64,000 bases of DNA from Octopus vulgaris (taxonomy: Eukaryota): NCBI GenBank assembly GCA_951406725.2, contig OX597824.1, positions 94,364,001 to 94,428,000 of the forward strand, read 5' to 3'. Made by a program: the position numbers and the translations under genes. Shown here one piece after another: positions 13,003-26,949 of the stretch (positions within the stretch are counted from its first letter, which is position 1; every line of letters starts with the position of its first letter). Under the pieces are notes generated by a model. The model was not told the origin of the DNA, ran no database searches, and was given only the letters and a program-made list of their open reading frames with translations.

Positions 13003-13615
13003 GACTTACATGATCATGCTCAAAGTGGTTTCGTCACTCGCATGCACCATCTTTGCTACATTCACCCATCTTTTTTTGAAACTTTCACGCGACAAAACCT
13101 GCCTCTCTATTCTCACCTTCCTTTTCAAGTGCTACTTGAAAATTTGATGAGCGATTGGTCAAAGAGGTGTTTGTCTCTAATCCTTTCGCTTGAGTCCACC
13201 ACGCACATTCTTTCACCATGGTCACCAGTATGATGAAAACTGCCTTGCTTTCCCGGTTGACATGTGACAGCAACCGTTTGGCATAAGCCCACAGGTCCGA
13301 AATGGTTGGACACTGCACGAGTGCGTGCAGAACGGTTTCATCGCTCTGACCGTATCTCGGGCAATTCGGTCCAGTGTGTCTCGAACCGTTTCTGTAGAGC
13401 TTATCTCGAACAGGTAATGCTTCTCGATAGCACTGCCAGGTCAGGGATCTTTGGTGACTGTCCATAGGTCCAGGCCCGAAAGTTGTCCTGAACAGGCGGG
13501 TCAGGTGTTCCTCGTCGACGCCCAGATTCTGCCCGAGAACGTCGTCGCACCTCCTCTCCACTAATCCTCTATAGAACGCTTTTGTTGTAATGAAGTCGCA
13601 CAAATTTGGTCCCGG
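12651..13615 (-). mobile_element. 5'-truncated L1/Tx1-type LINE: C-terminal zf-RVT region of ORF2 plus 3' UTR
   Basis: ORF 13085..13603 reads ..LTWQCYREALPVRDKL..CPRYGQSDETVLHALVQC..LW, the zf-RVT-type CxxC..ET..H...C motif. The 3' UTR ends gtggccAATAAAgaaatt and runs into (ATCT)n. Confidence 0.82.
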
Positions 13616-13640
13616 ACGGCAGAGTTGCGCACATACACAC

Positions 13641-13699
<59 letters not shown>

Positions 13700-14699
13700 T
13701 ACACAAGACAATGATAAAAAGAAATCCAGACAATTTTTGAGAAGTGACATTTTGCTCCCCTTGAAGTGACCAGCTGGGTTTGCCATCTCTAAAAGCCAAG
13801 AATCATTTACTATTGAAAGACTGATCAGCTGCAAAGATGTCAACACATTTTTTCTTCTTTCTCTCCTCCTTCTTCTTTTCCTTCTCTTTTCCATTGACAC
13901 TCCTTCCTTTCAGATACAACAGCACACACAGACACACACTCACATACACACACACACACGCACTCTCTCACTTTCTCCCCATTCTTCACCCTCTTGCACT
14001 ATCTTGTATCTCGCTCCACCCCTACACACACAATAATACTATAAAAAGAGACAAAATTCCTGAAAATCTGACGACTCCACTAGAGTGGACGCAAGCGCTA
14101 ATTTATGATTTATAAAAACATGTGACATATTAATAAATATCTGTAAATATAAAACCATCCAGATTTCTAAGTACCTCATTTCTTCTAATATAAGTACTTC
14201 ATTTCTTCTAATATAAATACGATGGCGCGTAGTGGGATTGAACTTGAAATCTCATGGCTGCAAAGCAAGCTTCTTAACCACACAGCTATGCATGCGACTA
14301 GATTACAATTTAGGAATTTGCTTTGAAGAAACTTCTTTGACTTTTCACTAAGTTCACCTTCCGTTTCCCTGAACAGTTTGTTGTATAACCAGTTCAATAC
14401 CCGCAACATCTAGAGATTTGCAATGTTGGATTTTGTAAGATGGAGTTCCTTTGATGTCAAGAGTATGACATGTCACTTCTGTATTAATTAAATGGTATAA
14501 GTAATTGATGTGTGCTTTTGAAAATATGATTAGGATATGGTGTAATGTATTGTGGTCACAGCGTTGGTGCTAATAACGATGATGATGATGAAGGGGTTGT
14601 TAGTGGTAGTGGAAATGATATTGTAATTGTATGAGTGGTAGTGATGGGGACGAGGATGACGACGACGACGATAGCGACGATAGAGTGATGATGATTATG

Positions 14700-15070
14700 A
14701 TGATGAAGAGGAGGAGGAGGAGGAGGAGGAGGAGGATGGAGAAAAAGGAAGAGAGGGGGAGGATGAAGAGGAGGGGGAGTGGAGGAGGATGAAGAGGAGG
14801 GGATTTAGTGAGGGGAAGCGGTGGAGGAAGAGGAGGAAGCGGAGGAGGAGGGGAAGGGGGAAGGGGAGGGGTGGAGAAGAAGGAAGATGAAGTGGAGGAG
14901 GAGGAGGAAGAAGATGAGAAAGTGGAAGAGAAGGAAGTGAAGGAGTAGGAAGAAGAGAGGTGGAGAAGGAGGAAGAGGAAGTGGATGAGGAGGAAGTGGA
15001 AGTGGAGGAGGAGGAAGTAGAAGTGGAGGAGGAGGAAGAGGAAGATGAGGAAGAGGAAAGAGAAAATGCA
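14700..15070 (+). repeat. Purine-rich (GGA/GAA) low-complexity tract
   Basis: ~370 bp with an almost entirely A/G plus strand. Confidence 0.9.
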
Positions 15071-15487
15071 AGATAATAAGTATTATGATGGTGGTGGTGG
15101 TTGGTGTGTGAGTGTGTGCGCGTGAGGGTGCATGCGATTATGTGCGGTGATAGTTGTATCTGTGATGGGTGATGGTGTTGAAGACAGCCGCAGCAGCAGT
15201 GGCGGTTCTAGTAGTGGTGGTCATGGAAGTTCTGATGATGATGATGTTGATGATGATGATGTACGTTTCGTGGCAATGGCGTTTGTGTCCGGTGATATTA
15301 ATAACCATAAATATATTTCCTGTTTATATTTCTTCAATGAACGCATATTTGCGTAAGTGTGTGTGTGCGTGTGTGTGTGCCTGTGTGTGTCTGTGTTTGA
15401 GCGTAGCTGTGTATAAGTGTGTGTGTGTGGATGAACTGGCCGTGGTAGCGTTAATTAATATGGTGATAACGTAGATGCTCTTCGGCG

Positions 15488-15496
15488 ATGAGGAGG

Positions 15497-15548
<52 letters not shown>

Positions 15549-15733
15549 CGACGACGACGATGGTAATATTCATGGTGATGGTGAGGAGGAGGAGGAGGAA
15601 GAGGAGGAGAAGGGAAGAGGAGAGGAGGACGACGACGACGACAGTGACGATGAGTATGATGATGATGACGACAACGACGATGATGATGATGGTGATGATA
15701 TTCATGACGATGGAGATGGTGATGGTGTTGACG

Positions 15734-15782
<49 letters not shown>

Positions 15783-15850
15783 CTCAATTGTAAACGTATA
15801 AAATGTACCGAGATGTTAACGATGATGATGATGACAATAATGATGATAAG
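15488..15850. repeat. Compound trinucleotide microsatellite (GAT/GAC/GAG/TAG)
   Basis: Visible triplet runs. Similar blocks at 21510-21835 and 28005-28530. Confidence 0.92.
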
Positions 15851-16454
15851 AAAGAGGAGGAGGGAAAAGAAGTGGGGTGGACAAGAAGGAAAATTGAAAA
15901 CACGGAAAGCAAAAACCACACAGTCCAAACATACACACACACATACTCACACACCCATATATATATGTGCGTATGTGTGTGTGTCTACAACTGCATACAT
16001 GTATGTATGTATGTATGTATGTATGTATGTATGTATGTATGTATGTATGTATGTATGTATATATATATATGTGTGTGTGTGTGTGTGCATATGTAATATG
16101 TATGAAGGTATGAATGTATGTGGATATGTATGAATGTACAAATGCATATATTTATATATATGTGTGAGTGTGTGTGTGTGAGTGTGTGTGTGTTTATATA
16201 TATATGTTTCTAAATGTATATATATGTATATCTACATGAATATATATTCTATATGCATATATATATATATACACGAGTGCATTTATATATGTATATATGT
16301 ATGATAATGCATATATGTATGCATGTATGTATATATATATATATCATACATTTATATTTATGTATATATAAACCAGTGTACGTATATATGTGTATACGCA
16401 TATATATGTATGTATATATGTCATTATGTATATACGAATGTATATATATAGATA

Positions 16455-16500
<46 letters not shown>

Positions 16501-16774
16501 TTTGTAAATCTGCGTTTAAGTGTGCGTGTATGAGTGTGTGTGTGTGTTTGAGTGTGTATGTGTATGTGTATGTAGTTCTATGTTTGATTAAGTTTCAGGG
16601 TGTATACAAAAGATATAACTTCCATAATCAGAAACGGCTCAAGAAGTATTTTTTTCCTGGCAAAGCACCATCTTCCTATGAGGCAGGATGCCACCTGCGC
16701 ATGTGCAAAGTTACCTGCGTCTGCACTATACATGTGTGTGTGTATGCATCCACATATATTCATGCATACATACT

Positions 16775-16867
<93 letters not shown>

Positions 16868-17350
16868 TATAGATAGATAGATATATATACATATATATAT
16901 ATATATATTTACACATATATATATATATTTACATCTATATATATATATATATATATAACTATATGTATATATGTATGTGTATATATATATGTATATGCAT
17001 GTGTTTGATATATTTATATATACATATAGAAGTTTTATATACGTGTGTGTGTTTATGTGTGTGCGCATGTATGAATGCGTCTACGTACAAGCATGTACAT
17101 ATATCTATCTATACACTTTCATATATAAATATATATATACGTATATATATATATATGAATATATATATATGTATATATATATATATACATACATACATAT
17201 ATATGTATGCATTTATGTATATATATAAATATATGCATATATATAGATACATGTGCATAAATACACACATGAATATATATGCATATATATAGACGTATAT
17301 ATATATATATATATATACATACATATACATATGCATATATACATACATAA

Positions 17351-17396
<46 letters not shown>

Positions 17397-17409
17397 GCAT
17401 ATATATATG

Positions 17410-17469
<60 letters not shown>

Positions 17470-17532
17470 CACATCTATATATAATATATATACATATATA
17501 CATATACATATACAAGCATGCATATATATATG

Positions 17533-17601
<69 letters not shown>

Positions 17602-18217
17602 CGAGAGAGAATTGAACGAGTTGAAGAGATATGCAGCGATGATAGTAAATCTTACTCCTTGCGTATGTATGTGTGTGAATATCTGCATGTGTGTGCATGT
17701 ATGTGCGCATGTGTGTGTGCGACAAGAGAAGACTATAACAGAAGGCAGGATGCCATGACAGAAATACTGCGCAGCTTGTTCGGAATTATGTTCTGAAAAC
17801 GGAAGAAAAACTAAAAGAAAACCAGATAAATCCAGGCGACATTTTGGTTTGTTTAAATTGCGAGAAGATAAAAATATACGACGAAACAAACCGCGTTTTT
17901 GCTGAGATTGGCTACTTGCGCTTTAGTTTAACATTCGTAATGCTGGTTTGTCAGAGTGTTGGCGGGGAGGACATGTCTGTTTGAGGAGTGGCTTTGGGCA
18001 CGAATGGCAAAGTAAAACGTGAAAGAGTTGTAGCTTGAAATTTCTCCCGAAGTTGAATTACATTGAATTATTTTGTAAATGACAACTGGAAAAGTAATCA
18101 AGGCCACAGCATCGTAAATTAAACATTAAATTAGCATATAATCATCACGTGGTTACTGATTGGTGCTTAAAATATGTCATTTGGAATGTGAGTATCGTAA
18201 ACGGTATCAAAGCTTTA

Positions 18218-18500
18218 TATTGGGTTGTCCGGAAAGTTCGTACCGATTTATAGTAGCTTACCTTTCGACTTATTTTAGAATATGGTTGAGTCCGTATAAT
18301 AGGATTTGACTACACCTCCATTTAGAGCACAGTTTAAGCCATCTTTTCGTGGAAGAAGGTTTATGTTCCTATCAACTGTGTTAATTCTGTAACTTTTTAA
18401 AATGGAAGATAAGAAAGTTCATTTTCGGCACTTGATGTATTTTGGGAACCAGAAAAATAATTGCTGCAGCTCGGCTGGGATGTGTTACCCCACCCTCCAA
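18218..18500 (+). mobile_element. Internally deleted mariner (Tc1/mariner) relic
   Basis: TA followed by TIR-like ttgggttgtccggaaagttcgtaccgattt. The transposase N-terminus MEDKKVHFRHLM is joined to LLQLGWDVLPHPP, the conserved W..LPHPPYSPD region. Confidence 0.82.
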
Positions 18501-18507
18501 TTTCACC

Positions 18508-18539
<32 letters not shown>

Positions 18540-18594
18540 GTTAAAGATCTATATGAATCTGTCTTTATGCGTTCAAATCGCAGGCACAATCAAG

Positions 18595-18800
18595 ACGCCG
18601 GGCGAAATGCTTAGCGGTATTTCGTCTGTCTTTACGTTCTGAGTTCAAATTCCGCGGAGGTCGACTTTGCCTTTAATCCTTCCGGGGTCGATAAATTAAG
18701 TACCAGTTACACCCTGGGATCGATATAATCGACTTAATCCGTTTGTCTGTCCTTGTTTGTCCCCTCTGTGTTTAGCCCCTTGTGGGCAATAAAGAAATAA
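18595..18800 (+). mobile_element. SINE family B
   Basis: Core gtcgactttgcctttaatcc..aagtaccag and tail tgtcccctctgtgtttagccccttgtgggcaataaagaaata. Confidence 0.88.
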
Positions 18801-19177
18801 AAATGTCATGAAGACCTACAAATTTATGCAAGGATTGAGAGTTAAGTTAAAATGAAATAACCCTAGTTATCAAACAGCTGTGGATTCCACACTTTTCATT
18901 TATGAATTCCAGACCAAAGGTTGTGCCCATGCTGGGGCACGGCCAATTTTTTTTTAAACGTTTAAATGCTTATCAGTATTACAAGAGGAGACAGATATAC
19001 ATATCGGCAGAAGAGAAGTAGATTATTCAAATATATCGACATACACCGTTGGACTTCCACGGGTTCCGCTAGCATATATTAATATCATTACTCGATGATA
19101 TATATACACGCGTTTTGAATTTGTTACCATACATACAAATAAGGTAAGTATGGGAACCCACACGGATATTTATATAT

Positions 19178-19224
<47 letters not shown>

Positions 19225-19401
19225 CACTTTATATGCGTGTTAATGTTGAAGTAATATCCATTATATAACTAATATGATTATGAAACAGCTGTCAACGAAT
19301 GGAATAAACATCTACTCTCTCTCTCTCTCTTTCTCCCTTTCTCTCTCCCTCTCTCCCACTCTCTCTTTATATATATATATATATTAATAATGGTATTTTA
19401 T

Positions 19402-19607
19402 ATAAGCTTAAAGTTTATTGCGATCCACCGTGCAATGACTAAGAAAACCAGTCTAATAATGGAGCATATAAGCCCTCGACAGAAAAAAATAAGTTTTCCT
19501 ATCGTCATGGGAAAGCCTACGTTTTTCTATCGTGGGCTAATGTACTCCCTTATTACACTATTTTCCTTAGTTATTGCACGGTGGATCGCTATAATCTTTA
19601 AGCTTAT
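19402..19607. repeat. Inverted repeat with ~85-bp arms and ~35-bp spacer
   Basis: ataagcttaaag..gcgatccaccgtgcaatgactaag..agccctcgacagaaaaa pairs with tttttctatcgtgggct..cttagttattgcacggtggatcgc..ctttaagcttat. Confidence 0.9.
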
Positions 19608-19678
19608 TTAATAATAAGTAATACCACTGTTATTACTTGTAAAACCCGACACCGTATAACAAAACCATTCGCACCGAA

Positions 19679-19757
<79 letters not shown>

Positions 19758-19947
19758 GGTTATTCGTGAAGGCCACTGGTCAAGTAATTTGCCAAAGAGA
19801 GTCAAGTATGTTTGAATATCGCTTTATGAAATGAAAGTCAATATTTGAACGGGGTGACTATAGTCAATAAGCAGAAGAGAAAATGTCGAAAGGATGAATG
19901 CAGGATGGAAACACATTAACAACGTATGTTAAATACACAAGCCATTT

Positions 19948-19980
<33 letters not shown>

Positions 19981-20094
19981 ATGTGTGTATGTATATAAAT
20001 ATATATACTTACATATACATACATATATATACAAATATATACACATATATATATGTATGAATCTATATATTCATACATATATATATGTGTATGA

Positions 20095-20145
<51 letters not shown>

Positions 20146-20236
20146 ATTATGTAAATGAGTTTGCATATGGAAATATGCATAGATACATAGCGAGATAGAT
20201 AGATAGAGAGAGAGAGATAGAGAGAGAGACACAGAC

Positions 20237-20307
<71 letters not shown>

Positions 20308-20713
20308 AAAAATGCGTTCATTTGCATGTACATATGTATGTACGTATGTATGTACGTATGTATGTAGGTATGTATGTACGCCCGTGCGTACGTAATTATG
20401 TATGTATGTACGCATGTATGTATGTGGCGATGTCAAGACTATCTAGAACAGCATAACAGAGATCAAAAGATGTCTTTCCTATTGTGTAACAGAAAAAAAA
20501 ACACCATCTTAAAAATACAAACGGCAATTTTCCAACGACCGATTAATGTATACGTATGTGTATGTACTTGTGTATATGCGAATATATGTATATATGAGTG
20601 TATGTATATATGAATGTATGTATGTGTGTATTTGTGCGTGTTTGTGTAAACATCTGTCTGCATGAATTTCTGTGTGTGTATTTTTCCATTTGTGTATATG
20701 TGTGCATGTACAG

Positions 20714-20750
<37 letters not shown>

Positions 20751-20813
20751 TTTTACTGTTTATGTCTGTGTGTTTCTCTTGATTTGTCCCAATCTGTCAT
20801 TCAAATTCTACTA

Positions 20814-20875
<62 letters not shown>

Positions 20876-20983
20876 CGCACACATCTCATTATCTTTCATA
20901 AAATACAACACAAAACTCGCTTTCAGTTGGCCGGTAGCAATAGGTTATTGAAGATTGTTCAAATGTTCTTTTGGTTGCTAATA

Positions 20984-21068
<85 letters not shown>

Positions 21069-21152
21069 AGGTATATATATACATATATATACATATGCAT
21101 ACATATATACATATGTATATATATATATATACATATATATATATTTATATAT

Positions 21153-21220
<68 letters not shown>

Positions 21221-21511
21221 TATATTTATATATATACATGTATATATATATATATATATAAATTCATGTGTATATACATTTATACATATATAGACCTATA
21301 TGCATATAATTATGTGGTGTGTTTGTGTCTGTTTGTCTGTGTGCGCGTACGTGCGCGAGTGTGTCCGTGTATGTGTGTGCGTATATATAGTGGGGCTTTT
21401 ATTTTGCTGGACTTTTTGAAATTTTTGCTCTTTTTCTTTGTTTAGCATTTTATTTTCTTTGTTACACAATACTTTAGCATAATTCTTTACCGCCGTATCA
21501 TTGTCTCTGGA

Positions 21512-21648
<137 letters not shown>

Positions 21649-21662
21649 TGATGATGATGATA

Positions 21663-21698
<36 letters not shown>

Positions 21699-21927
21699 AC
21701 AACGACGTCTACGACGATGATGACGATGATGACAGTGATGACGATGATGACGGCGATGATGATGATGATGATGACACCAGTAACGATGACAACGATGATA
21801 GCGATGATGATGTCGGCGATGACGACGGTGATAATGCACAGAGACTACTCTAAATAAACAATTTATTATTTACATTATTTATATTATTTACATTTGACGG
21901 ATATTTGTCCTCATCTTGTCTGTTGTT

Positions 21928-21973
21928 AACACAACGTTTCGGCTGATATACTCTCCAGCCTTCATCAGGTGTC
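21928..21973 (-). ncRNA. Minimal type I hammerhead ribozyme (PLE-type)
   Basis: Minus strand: acac-CTGATGA-a-ggctg(gagagtatat)cagcc-GAAA-CG-TT-gtgt. Stem I is acac/gtgt, stem II has 5 bp, and the stem III region is the palindromic AACGTT. Confidence 0.72.
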
Positions 21974-22034
21974 TTGGGGAAATTTCGAACCTGGATTCTC
22001 ATTCCTAAAGTATTTTTCGATGTTGTTGTTGTTG

Positions 22035-22098
<64 letters not shown>

Positions 22099-22121
22099 CA
22101 TTCAGGTCACTGCCTGGAATC

Positions 22122-22194
22122 GGGCATACGACGTAGTGGTTAAGAGCGCAGGCTACTAACCCCAAGATTCCGAGTTCAATTCCAGGCAGTGACC
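22122..22194 (+). other. tRNA-like (Pol III promoter) head of the fold-back element; not a functional tRNA
   Basis: A-box-like tacgacgtagtggtta, anticodon-arm-like gcagg-ctACTaa-cccc, B-box-like gagttcaattcc. The acceptor stem pairs poorly. Confidence 0.7.
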
Positions 22195-22195
22195 A

Positions 22196-22291
<96 letters not shown>

Positions 22292-22347
22292 TAATAAACA
22301 TCGAAAAATATCTTAGGAATGAGAACCCAGGTTCGAGATTTCTCCAA

Positions 22348-22392
22348 GACACCTGATGATGGCCGGGGGTATATCAACCGAAACGTTGTGTT
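22348..22392 (+). ncRNA. Minimal type I hammerhead ribozyme (second copy, stem II partly decayed)
   Basis: acac-CTGATGA-t-ggccg(ggggtatat)caacc-GAAA-CG-TT-gtgt. Confidence 0.62.
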
Positions 22393-22899
22393 AACAACAA
22401 ACAAGATGAGGACAACTATCCCTCAAATGTAAATAATATAAATAATGTAAATAATGTACATAACTCCTCATCTCTTAAATATAGAACTGTATTACACAAT
22501 TTATGCTATTTATAATATATATGCTACTGAGGAAAGTGCTTCATGTTTCTTGTAAATGGAGAAGAATATTTACTAATCATTAGTCGTAACTGTATGGGGA
22601 CATGTGATATGACAGCGCGTCGTTATATCCAGTATTTGTTGGTGATTCCCTACTCTTAGTGGAAGACACCTTTGCACCACTCAGGCGACAACCCGACAAT
22701 CCTTGGGTCCGTTTGGGTAATTGTTGCTGGTGAGGATCTTACGAGCTCGGAGTGCAAACCTAAATCCGTTCTCTTTTAGTTGCCTTCCACGACACGCAGA
22801 GGAAATGAAGGTCTATTCTTTGACATGCCGATACCCCACACAGCACACCATTAGATGCTTCAAAATTCCTAACAAAGAATTTGTCGAATTTGTGAATGC

Positions 22900-23110
22900 G
22901 CGCAGCTGGGCGGTTAGTATGTTGCATTTATGATCGTAAGATTGTAGTTTTGATTGCCGGACGGGGCGGAGCGTTGTATGTTTAGGCAGAACATTTCATT
23001 TCAAGATGCTATTGTTTATAAACCTGCGTCGGACTGGTGTCCCATTAATGAGATATGGTATGATTTCGGTAACGTATACATCGTGGAAACCGGATAACTG
23101 ACCTGATGGG
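22900..23110 (+). mobile_element. Degenerate tRNA-derived SINE
   Basis: tRNA-like head (ggcggttagtatgttgcatttatgatcgtaagattgtagttttgattgcc) followed by a CORE-like segment. Confidence 0.45.
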
Positions 23111-23984
23111 ACCTAGGGCTAACGATAGAACACAACTATACACACACCATTTTACTCCCATATTTACACATCTCTACAACTGTCTGAATATTATATAACT
23201 ATGAATTTACAAATCCAGTTTTTTAAATTATGACGAAATTCTGCAATAGAATACGTAGGTTTGAGAATGTATTTTTTGATAAAACTGCAATTTTTCACAC
23301 ACAAAAAGACGTGTCGGTCTAACTAAAAATTCTTTTAAACAAAGGAGATTTATACATTTAGAAATTCTTTAAAAAATGTATAAAATAACCTTATGAAGTT
23401 CAAAGGAAAAATTATAGCTTACTTTTAAGATTTATTGTGCTATCGCCGACCTTGCATTCTTATAAAATCACTGAATGAAAAATTTAAGAAATTTGAATTA
23501 GTAAATTCTTGCAAATACCATAACAAAGTTTTTACTGAAAGTATTCTATCACATGTCGTCTCCTTTGTAACTTTTTTCTATAAAGAGAATGAGGTTTTGT
23601 ATATGTGAGAAATTTGTTTAATGTATGTCAGCAATTTTTTTCTTATATATAAACATTGTTATCTTTTCATTGCATGAAAATATCTTACGTCATTCTTTAC
23701 AGCTTTACGTTCGTTACCAAATCTTAGCAAAGGATAAATATATTTTGAATTTTCACATTTTTCTGTCATAATTTTCGATCAGTTAGAGACTTTTACGCAT
23801 GATTTCATAACCTGCAGTTTCCATTTCAATAATCGTTTGAAGTTCGGCAGCGTAAACTCAGAGTAAAGATTTGTAAAGTTGCAACATGTATCTTAAACAT
23901 GCAAAAAGGGTCTTTTTTATATTTTTCTGCCTTTACAAAACAAATATGGAACCGTATTGTCGTTGTGTCTTTGAAATACAACCC

Positions 23985-24262
23985 CGTGGTGTCAGGTTCA
24001 GTTCCGCTGTTTGGCATCTTGAACAAGTGTCTTCTACTATAACCCCAGTCCAAACAAGGCCTTGTGAGTAGACTTGATAGCCACAAACTGTGCGGAACCA
24101 GTCATATAGACACACACATTCATTCAAGCACATGTATGTGGACAAACAAAAGAAAGTGGCCCTCCACAAATTTAGTAGCAGTTATATATTTTTTTTGATA
24201 ACAGCTCGATGGGTGTATTGGACGAGTCAACCTCATCAGAGTATGTATTTGTGTGTGTGTGT

Positions 24263-24329
<67 letters not shown>

Positions 24330-24470
24330 TTTGTTTACCCCAAACCGCCCTCATCATTGACAACTGGCTCTGGTTTGTTTTATGTCCCTGTAACTTAGCG
24401 GTTCGGCATAATAGACTGGTGATGCCTCAACGTGGCTGCAGTCCAATGACTGAAACAAGTAGAAGATAAA
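23985..24470 (+). mobile_element. SINE family A, diverged and interrupted
   Basis: ggcatcttgaacaagtgtcttctactata..ccttgtgagt, and later gtaacttagcggttcggca..tgactgaaacaagtag. Confidence 0.75.
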
Positions 24471-24516
24471 TACAATAAAAGATATACTTGCCGAGAGACA
24501 AAAGCAAACCAGCGCA

Positions 24517-24725
24517 TATGAGACGGCGCTGAAAAGTTCCTGGCTTTAAGGATTTCGCGAAAGGCCTGGTTGAAGGTCAAACCTTCCGAGTTCTTTTACA
24601 GGGCTTGGAGAAACTGAAGGACCACTGCAATAAGTGTGTGTATCCAAGAGGGGAATATGTTGAATAAAATCATAATTGACCGATCCTCCTGTAATTTTCT
24701 TTTACACAAAGTCGACAACTTTACA
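24517..24725 (+). mobile_element. Short internally deleted mariner (MITE-like)
   Basis: TIR-like tatgagacggcgctgaaaagttcctggcttt. The transposase C-terminus reads GLEKLKDHCNKCVYPRGEYVE*. The right TIR is degenerate. Confidence 0.72.
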
Positions 24726-24923
24726 TGGTATCAGTTTTCCTAAAATCTTGTGGGCAATAAAGAAATAAATAATTACAGGAAAAGAAAGGTTAGCCACAAC
24801 TGGGTCGTTTTGAATCATAGGATTGTTTGGACAGAGCAAACAAGGCATGAAGCACAGCTAAAATAGCTAAAAAAAAATAGGAACAACATGGCTGTCGTGA
24901 AGTTTCTACTGAGTAAATCAACC

Positions 24924-25350
24924 GAGTGGCTGTGTGGTAAGTAGCTTGTTTACCAACCACATGGTTCCGGGTTCAGTCCCACTGCGTGGCACCTTGGGCA
25001 AGTGTCTTCTAATATAGTCTCGAGCCGACCAAACCCTTGTGAGTGGATTTGATAGACGGAAACTGAAAGAATCCCGTCGTATATATGTATATATATATAT
25101 ATGTGTGTGTGAGTCTGTGTGTGTGTGTGTGTGTGTTTTTGTGTGTCTGTGTTTGTCTCCCTGGCATTGCTTGACAACCGATGCTGGTGTGTTTATGACC
25201 CCGTTACTTAGCGGTTCGGCAAAAAAAGACCGATAGAATAAGTACTGGGCTTACAAAAGAATAAGTGCTGGGGTCGAGTTGCTCGACTAAAGGTGGTGCT
25301 CCAGCATGGCCGCAGTCAAATGACTGAAACAAATAAAGGAGTAAAAGAGA
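24924..25350 (+). mobile_element. SINE family A, near full length
   Basis: Closely matches the 3441-3830 copy along its length. Confidence 0.92.
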
Positions 25351-25915
25351 GCGAGAGAGAAGTTAGAAATAAGGGGATCTTTCTCGTATCATGCTTCGTC
25401 CTATCGTCTTTATAAAAAGAAAGGGCCGCAGTATACGAAACAGACGTGGCCAATTTATGGTTCACACAGTGCGGAAATGGTGCTCTGTCGGGGTAACCAA
25501 AAACCACAACAAAAGCAACAAGGACGACAGGTACGACAACACGACGATACCACGACGACGACGGCGGCGGTGACAGGTGCGATGACGAAGATGATGACCA
25601 CCACGTCGATGACAACAACATCGATGGAGCCGGGGACGACGGCGACGAAGATGGCGGCGACAATTGTTTTCCGAATTTGATTGTAAAACTTTCCATTTAT
25701 TTATTTATTTATTTCATTTATATATTTATTTATATATGTTTATATATCTTTATATATTTATTTATTGGCAACTTTCCGTTCTGTCTGCGAACTAAATCAA
25801 ATTCCTCGCTTATCAAAGCCAAACTTTCACCAAAGTGACATCTACCTCGATGTATATTGTAATTATACATACACATACATACTCATATATATATATGTGT
25901 GTGTGTGTATATATA

Positions 25916-25982
<67 letters not shown>

Positions 25983-26190
25983 GTATATATACATATACAT
26001 ATATGTATATATACATATATATATACAATTATTTATATATATATATATATATCTACATATATATATATGTATATATACATATATATATGCATATACATAT
26101 ACGGATATATATATGTGCATACATATACATATATATATGTATACATATACATATATATACGTATATACACACATATATACGTATCTATAC

Positions 26191-26227
<37 letters not shown>

Positions 26228-26359
26228 CATATATATATGTATATATACATATATATATATATGTGTGTATATATACATATATATGTATATATACATACAT
26301 ATATATGTATATGTATATATATATACATATATACATATACACAAGTATACGTGTGTATG

Positions 26360-26413
<54 letters not shown>

Positions 26414-26910
26414 ACTCTACTAATGCGTGTGTGTATGTGTGTGTGTGTGTGTTAGTCTCTTTTTCCTGTCGTACGACTTGTATCGTGTCTTTGCATTTAA
26501 CTGCGTTGTTATCGTGTTCTTAACTATTTGGAAAGGTTGTTCACAAATTCTGTTGCTGATTTAATAAACTTCGACAGTTTTCGGTTAACTCCGGACTTGT
26601 CTGCTCATTAAAAAATATTGTGTCGGACTCGACCGATCGCGTGCAACACTTTCGTTTGCAATATCAGAACAATTAGTTTTTCGTTTCTCTCACGATATAT
26701 CATGTGTGTTGGGGGATGGGGGCGTGTGGAGGGACGGCAGGTGCTTGTGTATGTGTGTGCTTGTGTGTAAGTGTGTGTGCGTGTATGTGTACGTGTGTGT
26801 ATGTCCTCGTGTGTGTGTATGCTGCTGCGAGTGGTGCAAATGTATGCAAATATGTGAGTCGGAGAAATTATATATGTATATGGCAATGTTCGTGTATATG
26901 TATGTATATG

Positions 26911-26949
<39 letters not shown>

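Larger units (their letters stand above)
21866..22490 (+). mobile_element. Fold-back element: tRNA-like head + (AAT)n + hammerhead-containing body, preceded by an inverted copy of itself
   Basis: 21866-22121 is the reverse complement of ~22177-22460. The loop holds a tRNA-like sequence. Confidence 0.85.

Noticed and set aside
16590-16730. Possible plus-strand exon ([22 protein letters not shown]..)
   Set aside because: Weak acceptor, no convincing donor and no recognisable protein similarity.
22122-22194. Functional tRNA gene (anticodon ACT)
   Set aside because: The acceptor and anticodon stems pair poorly and the sequence is embedded in a repeat. Treated as a SINE-type head.
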